Source: an uncultured Candidatus Rokubacteria bacterium
Lineage (GTDB): Bacteria; Methylomirabilota; Methylomirabilia; Rokubacteriales; DASRDR01
Direction of reading: 5' to 3'
Assembly: GCA_963826115.1 (NCBI GenBank)
Contig: CAWGVS010000005.1
Span: 1,664,001 to 1,728,000, forward strand
DNA length: 64,000 nucleotides
In this document: piece by piece, positions 1 through 10,184 of the stretch
Layout: each line of letters opens with the position of its first letter
Position numbering within the stretch: position 1 is the first letter of the stretch
Translations under genes and position numbers: made by a program
Notes under the pieces: model-generated
Told to the model about the DNA's origin: nothing
The model's database searches: none
What the model saw: the letters and a program-made list of their open reading frames with translations, nothing else

Positions 1-145
1 ACCAGGTGGTCACCGCCCCGAGATTCCAGCCAGCTAGATTCGCGGCGGCGCGGAACTCGGGCGCTGCGATACTGGATCGGAGGGCCTCCCGCGCGACGCC
101 AGGACTCGCCCGAATGCGCCCGGAAGGCGCTCGAGGAGGCACGTC

Positions 146-1711
146 ATGACGCAGCCCAACTCCCCTAGCCGCCGCCGGTTCCTCCGCGACGCGCTCGCCG
201 TCGGCGGTGCTCTCGCAGGCGCTGGCGCCTGGGCGCCGCGCGTCCACGCCCAGACGTCACGACCATCCGTCCCGTTCGGCGCGCAGACCGGCGAGATCAC
301 CGCGGAGCGGGCCGTCGTGTGGAGCGCGACGGACCGCCCCGCCCGCCTGATCGTGGAGTACGCCGCGACCGAGCAGTTCCGGAACGCCCGGCGCGTCGTC
401 GGCCCCGCGGCGCTCCCCGAGACAGGCCACACGGCCAAGATCGCCCTCACGGGTCTCCCGGCCGGCCAGGACGTCTTCTACCGGGCGGCCTTCCTCGACC
501 TCGGCGACATGAAGACCACGAGCGACCCGGTGGTCGGACGCTTCCGCACCGCGCCGGTGGACGGTCGCGACGTGACCTTCGTCTGGTCGGGGGACACGGT
601 CGGCCAGGGCTGGGGCATCAACCCCGGGTGGGGCGGTCTCCGGCTCTACGAGGTGATGCGAGGCCTCGAGCCGGACTTCTTCGTGAACAGCGGGGACATG
701 ATCTACGCCGACGGCCCGCTGAAGGCCGAGGTCGATCTACCGGGAGGCGGCACCTGGAAGAACCTCGTCACCGAGGCGAAGTCGAAGGTTGCCGAGACCC
801 TCGAGGAGTTCAGGGGTAACTATCGATATAACTTGATGGATGAGCATGCGCGTCGTTTCAACGGTCAGGTCGGGCAGTACGTCCAGTGGGACGACCACGA
901 GGTGACGAACAACTGGTTCCACGAGCGGGTGCTCGAGGACGCCCGGTACTCGGTCAAGAGCGCCGGGCTCCTGGCGGCGCGGGCGAAGCGGGCGATGTTC
1001 GAGTTCACGACCCTCGTGGGCAACCGGGCCGAGAGCGACCGGGTGTACCGGCGGATCCGGCGCGGGCCGAACCTGGACCTCTTCATGCTCGACATGCGGA
1101 GCTACCGGGGGCCGAACGCCGAGAACCTCGAGACGACGCTGACCGACGCCGCGCGCATCCTCGGGCGGGAGCAGACCACGTGGCTGAAGCGCGAGCTCCT
1201 CGCCTCCCGCGCGACCTGGAAGGTGATCGCCGCCGACATGCCGCTCGGGCTGGTCGTGTACCACGACGCCGGCAAGAAGTGGGGGTCCGAAGCCGTCGCC
1301 CAGGGGAACGGCCCGGCGCTCGGCCGCGAGCTCGAGATCGCGGACATCCTCCGGTTCATCAAGCACAACGAGATCCGGAACGTCGTCTGGATCACCGCGG
1401 ACGTGCACTACTGCGCCACGCACCGCTACGACCCCGGCGCGGCCCAGTTCACCGACTTCGAGCCGTTCTACGAGTTCGTGTCCGGCCCGCTCCATGCCGG
1501 CGGGTTCGGCCCGAACGAGCTCGACGACACCTTCGGCCCCAGGGTCGTCTTCACGAAGAACCCGGCGGGACGGGTCAACGCGGCGCCGACCGAGGGCGGG
1601 CTCTACTTCGGCCACGTGCGGATCGACGGCAAGAGCGGTGTGATGACCGTGAGCCACCGCGATCTGGCCGGCGCCGTCCTCCACTCCATCGACCTCTCGC
1701 CCGCGGGCTGA
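146..1711 (+). CDS. phoD: Alkaline phosphatase D family protein, Tat-exported
   Basis: Tat motif SRRRFLR; metallophosphatase motifs SGDMIYAD, WDDHEV, LDMRSYR, ADVH; GAGGAGG RBS. Confidence 0.92.
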   Translation: MTQPNSPSRRRFLRDALAVGGALAGAGAWAPRVHAQTSRPSVPFGAQTGEITAERAVVWSATDRPARLIVEYAATEQFRNARRVVGPAALPETGHTAKIALTGLPAGQDVFYRAAFLDLGDMKTTSDPVVGRFRTAPVDGRDVTFVWSGDTVGQGWGINPGWGGLRLYEVMRGLEPDFFVNSGDMIYADGPLKAEVDLPGGGTWKNLVTEAKSKVAETLEEFRGNYRYNLMDEHARRFNGQVGQYVQWDDHEVTNNWFHERVLEDARYSVKSAGLLAARAKRAMFEFTTLVGNRAESDRVYRRIRRGPNLDLFMLDMRSYRGPNAENLETTLTDAARILGREQTTWLKRELLASRATWKVIAADMPLGLVVYHDAGKKWGSEAVAQGNGPALGRELEIADILRFIKHNEIRNVVWITADVHYCATHRYDPGAAQFTDFEPFYEFVSGPLHAGGFGPNELDDTFGPRVVFTKNPAGRVNAAPTEGGLYFGHVRIDGKSGVMTVSHRDLAGAVLHSIDLSPAG

Positions 1712-1774
1712 GGCCGATCGCCGGGGCGCGGCCGCGAGCGCCAGCGGGCGCCCGGCCGCGCCGGACCCGGCCGG

Positions 1775-2197
1775 CTAGGCGCGGGTGGTGGGCGCACCCT
1801 CCGGGCTGAGCGCCAGCACGAGACACTCCGCGCTCGCCAGGTTGGTCGCCATCGCGACGTTGTGAAGGTCCGCCAGCCTGAGGAGCGCCGAGATGTCGGG
1901 CTCGTGGGGCTGGGCGGTCAAGGGATCCCTCAGGAAGATCAGGGCGTCCACCTCGCCCGACGCGAGCTCCGCGCCGATCTGGAGGTCCCCTCCCTGCGGG
2001 CCCGGCTGGAGCGTGCGGAGCCGGAGGCCCGTCGCGTCGCGGAGCGCCTCGCCCGTCGAGGCGGTCGCCAGGAGGTCCCAGTCCTTGAAGCTTCCGCGGT
2101 GGCGCTGGACGAAGGCGGCCAGCGCCGCCTTCTTGGCGTCGTGCGCCACCAGGGCGACCCGCCACCGGCGGGGCCGCCAGTCATCGGCAGTCAGCAT
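1775..2197 (-). CDS. mgsA: Methylglyoxal synthase
   Basis: ALVAHDAKK, ATASTG, GPQGGDLQIG, QPHEPDISALLRLAD motifs; GAGGAG RBS before ATG at 2197. Confidence 0.92.
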   Translation of the reverse strand: MLTADDWRPRRWRVALVAHDAKKAALAAFVQRHRGSFKDWDLLATASTGEALRDATGLRLRTLQPGPQGGDLQIGAELASGEVDALIFLRDPLTAQPHEPDISALLRLADLHNVAMATNLASAECLVLALSPEGAPTTRA

Positions 2198-2359
2198 TCT
2201 CGTCTCCTCTCGCATGCGTGTCCTCGCTCTCATTCACGCGGGAGTCTAGGGCCGCGGCGTGACGCCGGCATTACGCCGGGGTGAACTCTGGGAGACGCCA
2301 GGCGCGCCGCGCCGCGCGCCCAGCATCGCGGCCGTGGTAGGGTCTCGCGAGACGCCGCG

Positions 2360-3343
2360 ATGGACGCCGCCGCCGGTCCCGCGATCAGCGTGGTCATGCC
2401 CGTGCACGACGGCGCCGCCTTCCTCGACCAAGCCATCGACAGCATCCTCGAGCAGACGTGGCGGGACTTCGAGCTCGTGATCCTCGACGACGGCTCGACC
2501 GACGACACGCCGCGGATCCTCGCGCGACGGGCGGCGCGGGACGGACGCATCCGTCTCGCGCGAAGCGCGGCTCCGGAGGGCTGGGGACGGAGCTCCGACC
2601 GCGTGGCGCGCCTCGCAAGGGCGCCCGTCTGCGCGCGGATGGACGCGGACGACGTCGCGCACCCGGAGCGCCTCATGCGCGAGTGGGCCGTGCTGCGCGA
2701 CCGGCCGGACGTGGTCCTGGTGGGGACGCTCGCGGAGGGCATCGACCGGCGGGGCCGGCGGGTGCGGCCCCGCGATCGCTCCGTCCTGTTCCGGCGGAGC
2801 CGGGTGCCGCCCTTCCCGCACGGCACGATCATGTTCCGGCAGGCGGCCTTCCTGGAGGTCGGAGGCTACCGGCCCCTCGAGGTCGGCGAGGACCTCGATC
2901 TCTGCCGGCGGCTGGCTCGCCGTGGACGCGTGGCGGTGCTGGTCGACGCGCTCTATCGCTACCGCTACCACGCCGGCTCCGCGACGCGCGGGCTGCTGGC
3001 CGACGTGAGCGGCCCCGGGCTCGACCAGATGGCCGCGGTCCTCACTCCCCCGCCCAGCGCCGTGAGCCCGCCGGCCGCCCGGCGCCGCGCGCTCTACTAC
3101 GCCGCCGCGTCCTCGGTCTGGGCCGGCGAGCGGCCGGGGATGGCCCCGCTCCGCACCGTCGCGGCGAACGGCCTCCTGACTCCGGGAGGGGTCAAGGTCG
3201 CGCTCCTGACGGGCGCCGCGCTCGTGAGCCCGCGCGCCACGCGAGCCATCCTGGGTCTCGGCATCCGAGCGCGCGACCGGCTGGCCGGCTGGCGACTCGG
3301 AGGGCGCCGGACGGTCGACTGGGAGCCGCCCGGGAACACGTGA
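2360..3343 (+). CDS. Glycosyltransferase family 2
   Basis: ISVVMPVHD, DDGSTDDT, MDADD (DxD) and GEDLDL motifs. Confidence 0.85.
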   Translation: MDAAAGPAISVVMPVHDGAAFLDQAIDSILEQTWRDFELVILDDGSTDDTPRILARRAARDGRIRLARSAAPEGWGRSSDRVARLARAPVCARMDADDVAHPERLMREWAVLRDRPDVVLVGTLAEGIDRRGRRVRPRDRSVLFRRSRVPPFPHGTIMFRQAAFLEVGGYRPLEVGEDLDLCRRLARRGRVAVLVDALYRYRYHAGSATRGLLADVSGPGLDQMAAVLTPPPSAVSPPAARRRALYYAAASSVWAGERPGMAPLRTVAANGLLTPGGVKVALLTGAALVSPRATRAILGLGIRARDRLAGWRLGGRRTVDWEPPGNT

Positions 3344-3368
3344 GCGAGCGGGCGGGCCGGCGGGCGGC

Positions 3369-3938
3369 CTACGTCCCCGCGGACGCGGCCCGGCGGAACA
3401 GGAAGGCGTTCTCCGGCAGGGCCAGGTCCATGTGGAACCGGTCGGGTCCGACGGCCTCCACGCGGGCGACGATCGTCGTCATCTCGCCGGCGGCGAAGGC
3501 GTCGGCCACCGCCTCCATGAACTGGAAGAGCGTCTGCGCCTCCAGCACGCGCGGGCATCCCGCCGCGCGAGCCACGCCCGCCAGGTCGGTGCGCCCCGAC
3601 GCCGTGTGGGAGGCGAAGCCGCCCGTCGAGAGGAGGCTCCCGTTGTCGAAGACGACGTGCGTCAGGTTCGGCGGGCGATAGCGGCCGAGCGTCGCCAGGC
3701 CGCCCAGGTTCATCAGCACCGAGCCGTCCCCGTCGAGCACGACGACCCCGCGGTCCGGGCGGTTCAGCGCCAGCCCGAGCCCGATGGACGACGCGAGCCC
3801 CATCGCGTGCTGGAGGTAGAAGAACGTGTCGCGGTGACCGAGGTCGTACAGCTCCTGGGCCGTCGCCCCCATGATCGTCACCACGAGCCGGTCGCCCAGC
3901 TCGGGGTAGAGGGCGCCGAGGCAGTCGGCCCGCTTCAC
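3369..3938 (-). CDS. Sulfopyruvate/phosphonopyruvate decarboxylase beta subunit (TPP-binding, ComE-like)
   Basis: AMGLASSIGLG; GDGSVLMN...DN TPP motif. Confidence 0.85.
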   Translation of the reverse strand: MKRADCLGALYPELGDRLVVTIMGATAQELYDLGHRDTFFYLQHAMGLASSIGLGLALNRPDRGVVVLDGDGSVLMNLGGLATLGRYRPPNLTHVVFDNGSLLSTGGFASHTASGRTDLAGVARAAGCPRVLEAQTLFQFMEAVADAFAAGEMTTIVARVEAVGPDRFHMDLALPENAFLFRRAASAGT

Positions 3939-4471
3939 GCAGCTCCCCCCGCCATGCCCGTCAGTCCTCCATCAGGTCGCGCGACAGGAGGAGCGCCACC
4001 GGCCCGAGCGACGACCACGGCGAGCGCCTGGGCGTCGTGGATCTGCTGGCCGACGCGCGCCGGGTCGCGCGCGTGCTCGAACGGAAGCCCGAGGGCCCGG
4101 AGCACCGGCTCGGTCACGATGCCGCCCTGGGTGTGCCACGGGTACGGCTCGCCGAAGTGCCCGCGGTGCGCGACCAGCATCACGAGCGGGATCCGGTAGA
4201 GCATGGCCAGGGACACGATCCCGTTGACGCTGGCGAGGAAGCCGTGGTTCTGCATGAGGAGCGCGTTCCGGGCGCCCGCGAAGTAGGCGCCGGCCGCGAT
4301 GCCGATCGCCTCCTCCTCCTTGGCGACCTCGACCAGCGTCATCTCGGGGTCGTCCTCCGCCAGCTGGAGGAGGTACACGAGCCAGGTCTCCGGCAAGGCC
4401 GAGAGGAAGCGGATCCCGGCGGACTTGATCCCCTGGTAGACGGCCTTCGAGTTGTCCCGGGAGACCGTCAC
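3935..4471 (-). CDS. Sulfopyruvate/phosphonopyruvate decarboxylase alpha subunit (ComD-like), with an apparent 1-nt frameshift near the C-terminus
   Basis: KEEEAIGIAAGA, LMQNHG, HRG motifs; GTG start overlaps the upstream stop; the family-like tail PVALLLSRDLMED* lies in another frame ending at 3961. Confidence 0.8.
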   Translation of the reverse strand: MTVSRDNSKAVYQGIKSAGIRFLSALPETWLVYLLQLAEDDPEMTLVEVAKEEEAIGIAAGAYFAGARNALLMQNHGFLASVNGIVSLAMLYRIPLVMLVAHRGHFGEPYPWHTQGGIVTEPVLRALGLPFEHARDPARVGQQIHDAQALAVVVARAGGAPPVARPDGGLTGMAGGAA

Positions 4472-5676
4472 GCCACCGGTGTCGCCGAGCGGAGCTTCGG
4501 ATGCGGCGCGTCGGTCGCCGACGCCGACGGCAGGAGGTCGCCGTCGCGGAACCGCGACCACCGGAAGGGCGTCAGGTCCCATCCGGCCGCGCGGCCCTCC
4601 AGGACCGACTCCGCCATGATGTCGCCGATCGCCAGCGAGTGCTTGAATCCGTGGCCGCTCCACCCGAAGTCGGCGTGGAGCCCCGCGTACTCGGCGATCG
4701 GCCCGAGCACCGGCTCGTGGTCCGGGGTGACGTCGTACACGCCCGAGTAGCCGCCCATCGAGAGGCCGTGCTCCATGACCGGGAAGCGGTTGGCGATCAG
4801 CTCGGCGCTCCGCATGACCTCCTGGGGGTCGGCGCCCTCGTTGTACTCGTCCGGATCCACCAGCTCCTGGTACGCGGAGGGCCCGCAGATCGTGAGGTTC
4901 CCGGTCTCGGGTCGCATGTACGTGCCGTTCGGCCGGTCGATCATCCCGGGATGTCGCTCGAATCCGGGCGGCCGGCGGAAGAAGCACATCTGATGGCGCG
5001 TCGGGGCGATCGGCACGGTGATGCCGAGCGGGGCCAGGAGCCGGGGCGCCCACAGGCCCGCGCAGACGACGACCGCGGGCGCGTGGATCTCGCCGCCCTG
5101 GGTGCGGACGCCCGTCACCCGGCCGCCGGACACGAGGAGCGCCTCCACCGGGACGTGCTGCACCACGGCGGCGCCGAGCTCGCGGGCGCGCGCCGCGAGC
5201 GCGTTCGTCGTCGACGAGGCGTCGGCGTAGCCGGACTCGGGCTCGTAGGCGGCCACCGCGAGGTCGTCTACCGTCATCTCGGGGACCAGCGCCTTGACCT
5301 CCGCGGGGGTGACCAGGTTGACGTTCGCCCCCAGCGTCCGCGCGCGTCGCACGTTCTCCGTGAGGTTCCCCGCGCGGTCGGCCGCGGCCAGCCAGAGGAT
5401 CCCGACCTGACGGAAGCCAGGGTCGCCGCCGCCGATGTCCTCCGCCCACCGCTGGAAGCGGGACGCCGAGGCGTTCCCGGTCCGCGTCAGGAAGTCCATG
5501 GCGTAGAAACGGCGGACGAGCGCGGAGGACCGGCCCGTCGGGCCCGAGGCCAGGAACTTGCGCTCGACCAGCACCACCCGGCCGCCGCGGCGGCGGGCGA
5601 GATGGTAGGCGACGCTGGCTCCGTGGACTCCCCCTCCCACGACGACGATATCGGCGGTGCGCGGCAGGTCGGCCAT
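4468..5676 (-). CDS. FAD-dependent amine/amino-acid oxidoreductase (DadA/sarcosine oxidase beta family)
   Basis: IVVVGGGVHG Rossmann motif, YDVTPDHEPVLG, GWSGHGFK; GAGGAG RBS. Confidence 0.88.
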   Translation of the reverse strand: MADLPRTADIVVVGGGVHGASVAYHLARRRGGRVVLVERKFLASGPTGRSSALVRRFYAMDFLTRTGNASASRFQRWAEDIGGGDPGFRQVGILWLAAADRAGNLTENVRRARTLGANVNLVTPAEVKALVPEMTVDDLAVAAYEPESGYADASSTTNALAARARELGAAVVQHVPVEALLVSGGRVTGVRTQGGEIHAPAVVVCAGLWAPRLLAPLGITVPIAPTRHQMCFFRRPPGFERHPGMIDRPNGTYMRPETGNLTICGPSAYQELVDPDEYNEGADPQEVMRSAELIANRFPVMEHGLSMGGYSGVYDVTPDHEPVLGPIAEYAGLHADFGWSGHGFKHSLAIGDIMAESVLEGRAAGWDLTPFRWSRFRDGDLLPSASATDAPHPKLRSATPVA

Positions 5677-5855
5677 GCGGATCGAGCTCCTCTTCGGGCA
5701 GTCGTTCAGGATCGATCGCTCGACGGATCGCGAGCCAGTAGGATAGCAGACACTCGGAACGAGGGCCGGACGCGGCCGCGGGTCGCCGCCGGATCCCGGA
5801 GAGAACACGGAGAGAGCCGGGGCCGGGTCCGTGCCGGCTCCGAGGAGGCTCGGGC

Positions 5856-7232
5856 ATGGGTCGGCTTCGCGCCGGTGTCTGCCGCGTGGACATCACTCCG
5901 CCGCTCGGCGTCGAGCCCGGGGCCTGGCGGCTCCGGACCGGCCGGGCCGACGGCGTGGACGAGCCGCTCCTCGCGCAGGCCCTCGTGCTGGACGACGGAC
6001 GCCGCCGCGTGGCGCTCGTGGCCACCGACCTCCTGTGGATGCCGCGCCACGTGGCCGAAGCCGCGCGACGCCGGACCGCCGCGCTGACCGGGATCCCCGC
6101 CGAGGCCGTCCTGCTGAACGCGTCTCACAACCACAGCGCGCCGGTGCTGCTCGAGCCGGACAGCGTGCGGGCAGCGGTGCGCACCGACGGTCTGGACGGG
6201 TACGCGGCCGCGCTGCCCGACCGGCTGGCCGGCGCCGTCTACGGCGCGGTCGCGCGGCTCCAGCCGGCGACGATCGGCGCCGACGTGGGCCGGGCGCCCG
6301 GCGTGTCGGTCAACCGCGTGGACCCTCGGCGCTCGGTCGACGACACCATGACCCTGCTCCGCGTGGACGGCCCCGCCGGCGTGATGGCGGTCGTCGTGGG
6401 GTTCGCGTGTCACGGCACCTGCGTGGGCGGCCAGACTCTCCAGTGGAACGCCGACTTCCCGCACGCGCTCCGCACCACGGTCGAGCAGGCCCACCACGGG
6501 ACCGAGTGCCTCTTCTTCCAGGCGTGCGCCGGAGACCTGGCGCCCCTCGACTACTGGTTCGGGAACGAGCAGCCGGTCCCGCACGGATACGCCGCGCGCG
6601 ATCGGGTCGGCGGCGCGCTCGCCGCGGAGGTTCGGCGGATGCTGCCGACGATCGTCACCGCGGGTGACGTCGCACTGGCCGTCGAGTCGCGGATCGCGCC
6701 CCTCCGCCGCCGGCGCCTGCCGTTCACCGACGCCGAGCTCGACCGCGCGGAACGGCGCCTGGCCGCGCTGAGCGAGCCGCCGTTCCCCGAGGCCTGGCCC
6801 GGCGACGTCCACACCGCGACGTCGGCCCAGCGCTTCCCGCTCCACTACCAGCGTGGTGCGCTCTCGATGTACCGCGACATGCGCCGGCGGCAGGACGTGC
6901 CGGTCCAGGCGGAAGTCCAGGCCATCGCCGTGGGCGACATCGGGATCGTCGGCACCGGCTTCGAGCTCTTCAGCGGCCCGGGACGGGCCGTCCGCGAGCG
7001 GAGTCCCTTCCGGACCACGCTCGTGCTGGGCTACTGCAACGATTACCTGGGCTACCTCCCGCCCACCGAGGACTTCGACCGGATCGCCGACGTGCCGCTC
7101 GACGAGGTGCTGGACCAGGACCGCTACCGCTGGGCGTACGGGATCACCAACACGCACCTCGAGCGCGGCGAGATCGACCGGCTCCTGGCGGCGGCCGACG
7201 ACGCCCTCCGGGCGGTGAGGAAGGGTCGATGA
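5856..7232 (+). CDS. Neutral/alkaline ceramidase N-terminal-domain family hydrolase
   Basis: VDITPP, ASHNHSAP, NR..P, FACHGT, QACAGD, GYCNDYLGYLP motifs. Confidence 0.75.
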   Translation: MGRLRAGVCRVDITPPLGVEPGAWRLRTGRADGVDEPLLAQALVLDDGRRRVALVATDLLWMPRHVAEAARRRTAALTGIPAEAVLLNASHNHSAPVLLEPDSVRAAVRTDGLDGYAAALPDRLAGAVYGAVARLQPATIGADVGRAPGVSVNRVDPRRSVDDTMTLLRVDGPAGVMAVVVGFACHGTCVGGQTLQWNADFPHALRTTVEQAHHGTECLFFQACAGDLAPLDYWFGNEQPVPHGYAARDRVGGALAAEVRRMLPTIVTAGDVALAVESRIAPLRRRRLPFTDAELDRAERRLAALSEPPFPEAWPGDVHTATSAQRFPLHYQRGALSMYRDMRRRQDVPVQAEVQAIAVGDIGIVGTGFELFSGPGRAVRERSPFRTTLVLGYCNDYLGYLPPTEDFDRIADVPLDEVLDQDRYRWAYGITNTHLERGEIDRLLAAADDALRAVRKGR

Positions 7233-7251
7233 AGCAGGAGCAGGACCGGCG

Positions 7252-8055
7252 ATGAGCGCGGCGCCTCCCCCGCGGCTCCCCGTCCTCTTCGTGTCGCACG
7301 GGTCGCCCATGGTGGCGCTCGAGGACGACGACTACACGCGCGCGCTCCAGGCCTGGCCGGGGGGCATCCCCCGCCCCGTCGCGATCATCGTGGTCTCGGC
7401 CCACTGGCAGGCGCCGCGGCCCGTCCGGGTCGCGACGAGCCCGGCGCCCGAGACGATCCACGACTTCTACGGGTTCCCGCCGGAGCTCTACGCGCTCCGC
7501 TACGGGCCGCCGGGAGCCCCCGCGCTGGCGGCGGAGATCGTCGAGCGGCTCCGCGCGGCCGGCGTCCCCGCCGGGGCCGATCCCGGTCGCGGCCTCGATC
7601 ACGGCGCCTGGGTGCCGCTCCGCTTCCTGTACCCCGACGCCGACGTGCCGGTCGTCGCGGTGTCCCTCGCGGCGCCCGCCCGGCCAGGAGACCTCATCGC
7701 CCTGGGCCAGGCCCTCGCGCCGCTCCGCGCGTCGGGTGTCCTGGTCTTCGGCAGCGGCGGCGTCGTGCACAACCTCGGGCGCCTGGACCGTCGGGGCGAG
7801 ACGGCGCCGGTGGCGGGCTGGGCGCAAGCGTTCGACGACTGGGTCCGGGAACGGCTCGACGGCGGGGACGTGGACGCGCTGGTCGCGTACGAGCGCCTCG
7901 CGCCGCACGCGTCCCTCGCGGTGCCGACCAGCGAGCACTTCGACCCGCTGCTGGTGGCCCTCGGCGCAGCCGGCGGCGACAGCCGGGTGCAGGACGTCTA
8001 CGCGGGCTTCCGCTACGGCACCCTGTCGATGCGGAGCCTGGCCCTCTCCGCCTGA
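7252..8055 (+). CDS. Class III extradiol dioxygenase (DODA/YgiD-like, LigB fold)
   Basis: FVSHGSP, SAHW, TIHDFYGFP, GLDHGAWVPL, SGGVVHNL, EHFDPL. Confidence 0.9.
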   Translation: MSAAPPPRLPVLFVSHGSPMVALEDDDYTRALQAWPGGIPRPVAIIVVSAHWQAPRPVRVATSPAPETIHDFYGFPPELYALRYGPPGAPALAAEIVERLRAAGVPAGADPGRGLDHGAWVPLRFLYPDADVPVVAVSLAAPARPGDLIALGQALAPLRASGVLVFGSGGVVHNLGRLDRRGETAPVAGWAQAFDDWVRERLDGGDVDALVAYERLAPHASLAVPTSEHFDPLLVALGAAGGDSRVQDVYAGFRYGTLSMRSLALSA

Positions 8056-8080
8056 CCGGCCGGCGGGCGCGCCCGACCGC

Positions 8081-8638
8081 CTACGCCGTGCGGCGCTCCA
8101 GCCGGTCGCTCACGCCCTTCAGGCGGAAGCCGAGGACGATCTCGACGATCCCGACGAGGATCGCGAAGGCGCCGATCCACCACAGCACGGCGAGCGCGCC
8201 GGCGCCCGGCGCGGCCATCAGGAACACCCCGAGAGCCACGGAGAGCAGCCCGCCGAGCGCCAGCAGCCACTCGTTGTCGAGCTCCTTCCGGAGGTGGAAG
8301 GCCGCGATGATCTCGAACACGCCCCGCAGGATCGCCCAGGCGGCGATCAGGTAGAGGAGCGCCAGGGCGGTGAGCCCCGGGGAGAGGAAGGTCACGACCC
8401 CGACCACCACGCCGGCCAGGCCGGCCAGCAGCACGCCCCAAGGGAACGGCCCGGCGGCGCGGCCCATCAACGCCCATGCGACCGCCAGGACGCCCTCGAC
8501 CAGCGCGTAGGCGCCGTACAGCAGGACGAGCACGGCCAGCGTGATACCCGGCCACGCGAAGGCGCCGATGCCGAAGAGCAGGGCGCACACGCCGCGCAGC
8601 ACGATCGCCCACCAGTTCTGTGCCAGGGTCCGCAGCAT
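8081..8638 (-). CDS. HdeD/DUF308 family membrane protein
   Basis: NWWAIVLRG start, about six hydrophobic helices; AAGGAGG RBS. Confidence 0.85.
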   Translation of the reverse strand: MLRTLAQNWWAIVLRGVCALLFGIGAFAWPGITLAVLVLLYGAYALVEGVLAVAWALMGRAAGPFPWGVLLAGLAGVVVGVVTFLSPGLTALALLYLIAAWAILRGVFEIIAAFHLRKELDNEWLLALGGLLSVALGVFLMAAPGAGALAVLWWIGAFAILVGIVEIVLGFRLKGVSDRLERRTA

Positions 8639-8744
8639 CGCGGCCTCCTTCCCGTCCGGACCGTTGACCAGGGCGCCGGCGCCGCGCCGGCCCTCTACGC
8701 GATCGCCGGCGGCTCGGCCGGTCCGGGCGCGCCGGCCCCCGGTC

Positions 8745-10184
8745 TCACCGCCACGTCTTGTGGCCTCGTCGCTGGACGTCCGGCCACGACTCCTCGAAGG
8801 CCGAGCGCGCAGCCTGCTGGCGCGCGTGCTGGCGCTCCACCAGAAGGCCGGCGACGAAGCCGGTCCGGCCGCCCGGCGCCTCGCGGGCCAGATCACGCAG
8901 GCGCGACTCCGCCACCACCGCGTCCTGGTGCTCGCCCAGGACGTCCTGGAGCTCCTTCAGGCGCTCGACGAACCGCTCGGCCGAGTGGCCGACGTCGGGC
9001 GCGGCGAGCTCCGCCGCGTAGCGCGCCCGCTTCTCCCGGATCCGCACCGCGTGGAGGTCGTCGGCGGACGGCGCGTCCGGAAGCGCCTTCACGGCCTTGC
9101 GCAGCTTCTTCCATTCGCGGGAGGCGACGCCCGCCAGGGTGATGTTGGCGTCGTGCACGGGGGGATGCGCGAGCATCTCCTCGATCCGGTCGAGCAGCGT
9201 GAAGTAGCGGGCGCCGTCGAGGGCCGCCAGGAGCTCGGCGCGCGCCTGGACGCCCGGCCGCTCCAGGCGCCGGAGGAGCGACCGGCCCGCGGCGCGGTCG
9301 GCGGGCTCGAGCGCCCGCACCTCGCCGCGCAGATACTCCCGCAGGACGTCGAGGTCGCGACGCCCGCCGAGAGCCGCGCCCAGCCAGCCGAGCTCCTCCC
9401 GGAGCGCCTGGATCGGCTTCTTCGCGAACATGCCCCGCGCGGCCCTGAGGACCGCCCGCAGGCGGCGGACGGCGACGCGCATCTGGTGGAGCTCCTCGGG
9501 ATCCTCGCCAAGCCGTGTGCCGGGATCGTGGGCGCGGATCGCCTCGAGCTGGGCGCGCAGCATCGCCAGCACGCGGTCCAGCGGCGTCGCCGAGGACTCC
9601 GGGGGACCGGCCTCGACGGTGAGGTCGAGCCCCAGCGCGCGGAACACCTTCGGCGTGCCGGCGCTCTCCGTGGCGCCGGCCTCGCGGAGCGTGGCGCCGA
9701 CGCGCTCCAGGACCTTCTCGTCCCCCGCCCCGACGAGCTCTACCTCCACCTCGCGGAACCGGCGCTTGACCCTGCGTCCGTCGAGGACCGCCACGGAGTC
9801 CAGCACCACCTCGGCGACGGGATGTCCCTTCTCGCGCACGAGGACGCCCGTCCGCCGCGTGCGGAGCGTGGCGACCGGCACGACGTCGGCGTCGCGGGCG
9901 TAGACGCGTAGCAGGCAACCGATCTCGTCCGGGAGACGCGACGGTGGCGCGGCCAGCTCCAGCTCGAGCCGCGCGGCGCCCCGCGGGAGCTTGACCTGCC
10001 AGAGCGAGCGGCGCTTCTCGACGCGGCAGCGCAGCGTGACCCCGTGGCGGGCCAGACGGTGGTCGGGCGTGTCGAAGTACCGGGAGACGAACACCCGCGG
10101 GGGAAGAGACTGGCCGGGAAGCGCGGGCAAGCGGAAGCTCCGCTCGACATCGAGCTTCAACTCGCGCTCGAGAGTCTGCTTCAC
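8745..10184 (-). CDS. CYTH + CHAD domain protein (polyphosphate/triphosphate-related)
   Basis: ERELKL, YFDT, FREVEVEL (CYTH); LHQMRVAVRRLR, LHAVRIREKRARY, LQDVLGEHQD (CHAD). Confidence 0.9.
   Translation of the reverse strand: MKQTLERELKLDVERSFRLPALPGQSLPPRVFVSRYFDTPDHRLARHGVTLRCRVEKRRSLWQVKLPRGAARLELELAAPPSRLPDEIGCLLRVYARDADVVPVATLRTRRTGVLVREKGHPVAEVVLDSVAVLDGRRVKRRFREVEVELVGAGDEKVLERVGATLREAGATESAGTPKVFRALGLDLTVEAGPPESSATPLDRVLAMLRAQLEAIRAHDPGTRLGEDPEELHQMRVAVRRLRAVLRAARGMFAKKPIQALREELGWLGAALGGRRDLDVLREYLRGEVRALEPADRAAGRSLLRRLERPGVQARAELLAALDGARYFTLLDRIEEMLAHPPVHDANITLAGVASREWKKLRKAVKALPDAPSADDLHAVRIREKRARYAAELAAPDVGHSAERFVERLKELQDVLGEHQDAVVAESRLRDLAREAPGGRTGFVAGLLVERQHARQQAARSAFEESWPDVQRRGHKTWR

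Noticed and set aside
2255-2278. Imperfect palindrome CGGCGTGA..TTACGCCG between mgsA and the GT2 gene
   Set aside because: Single copy in very GC-rich DNA; cannot be told apart from chance or assigned to a regulator.
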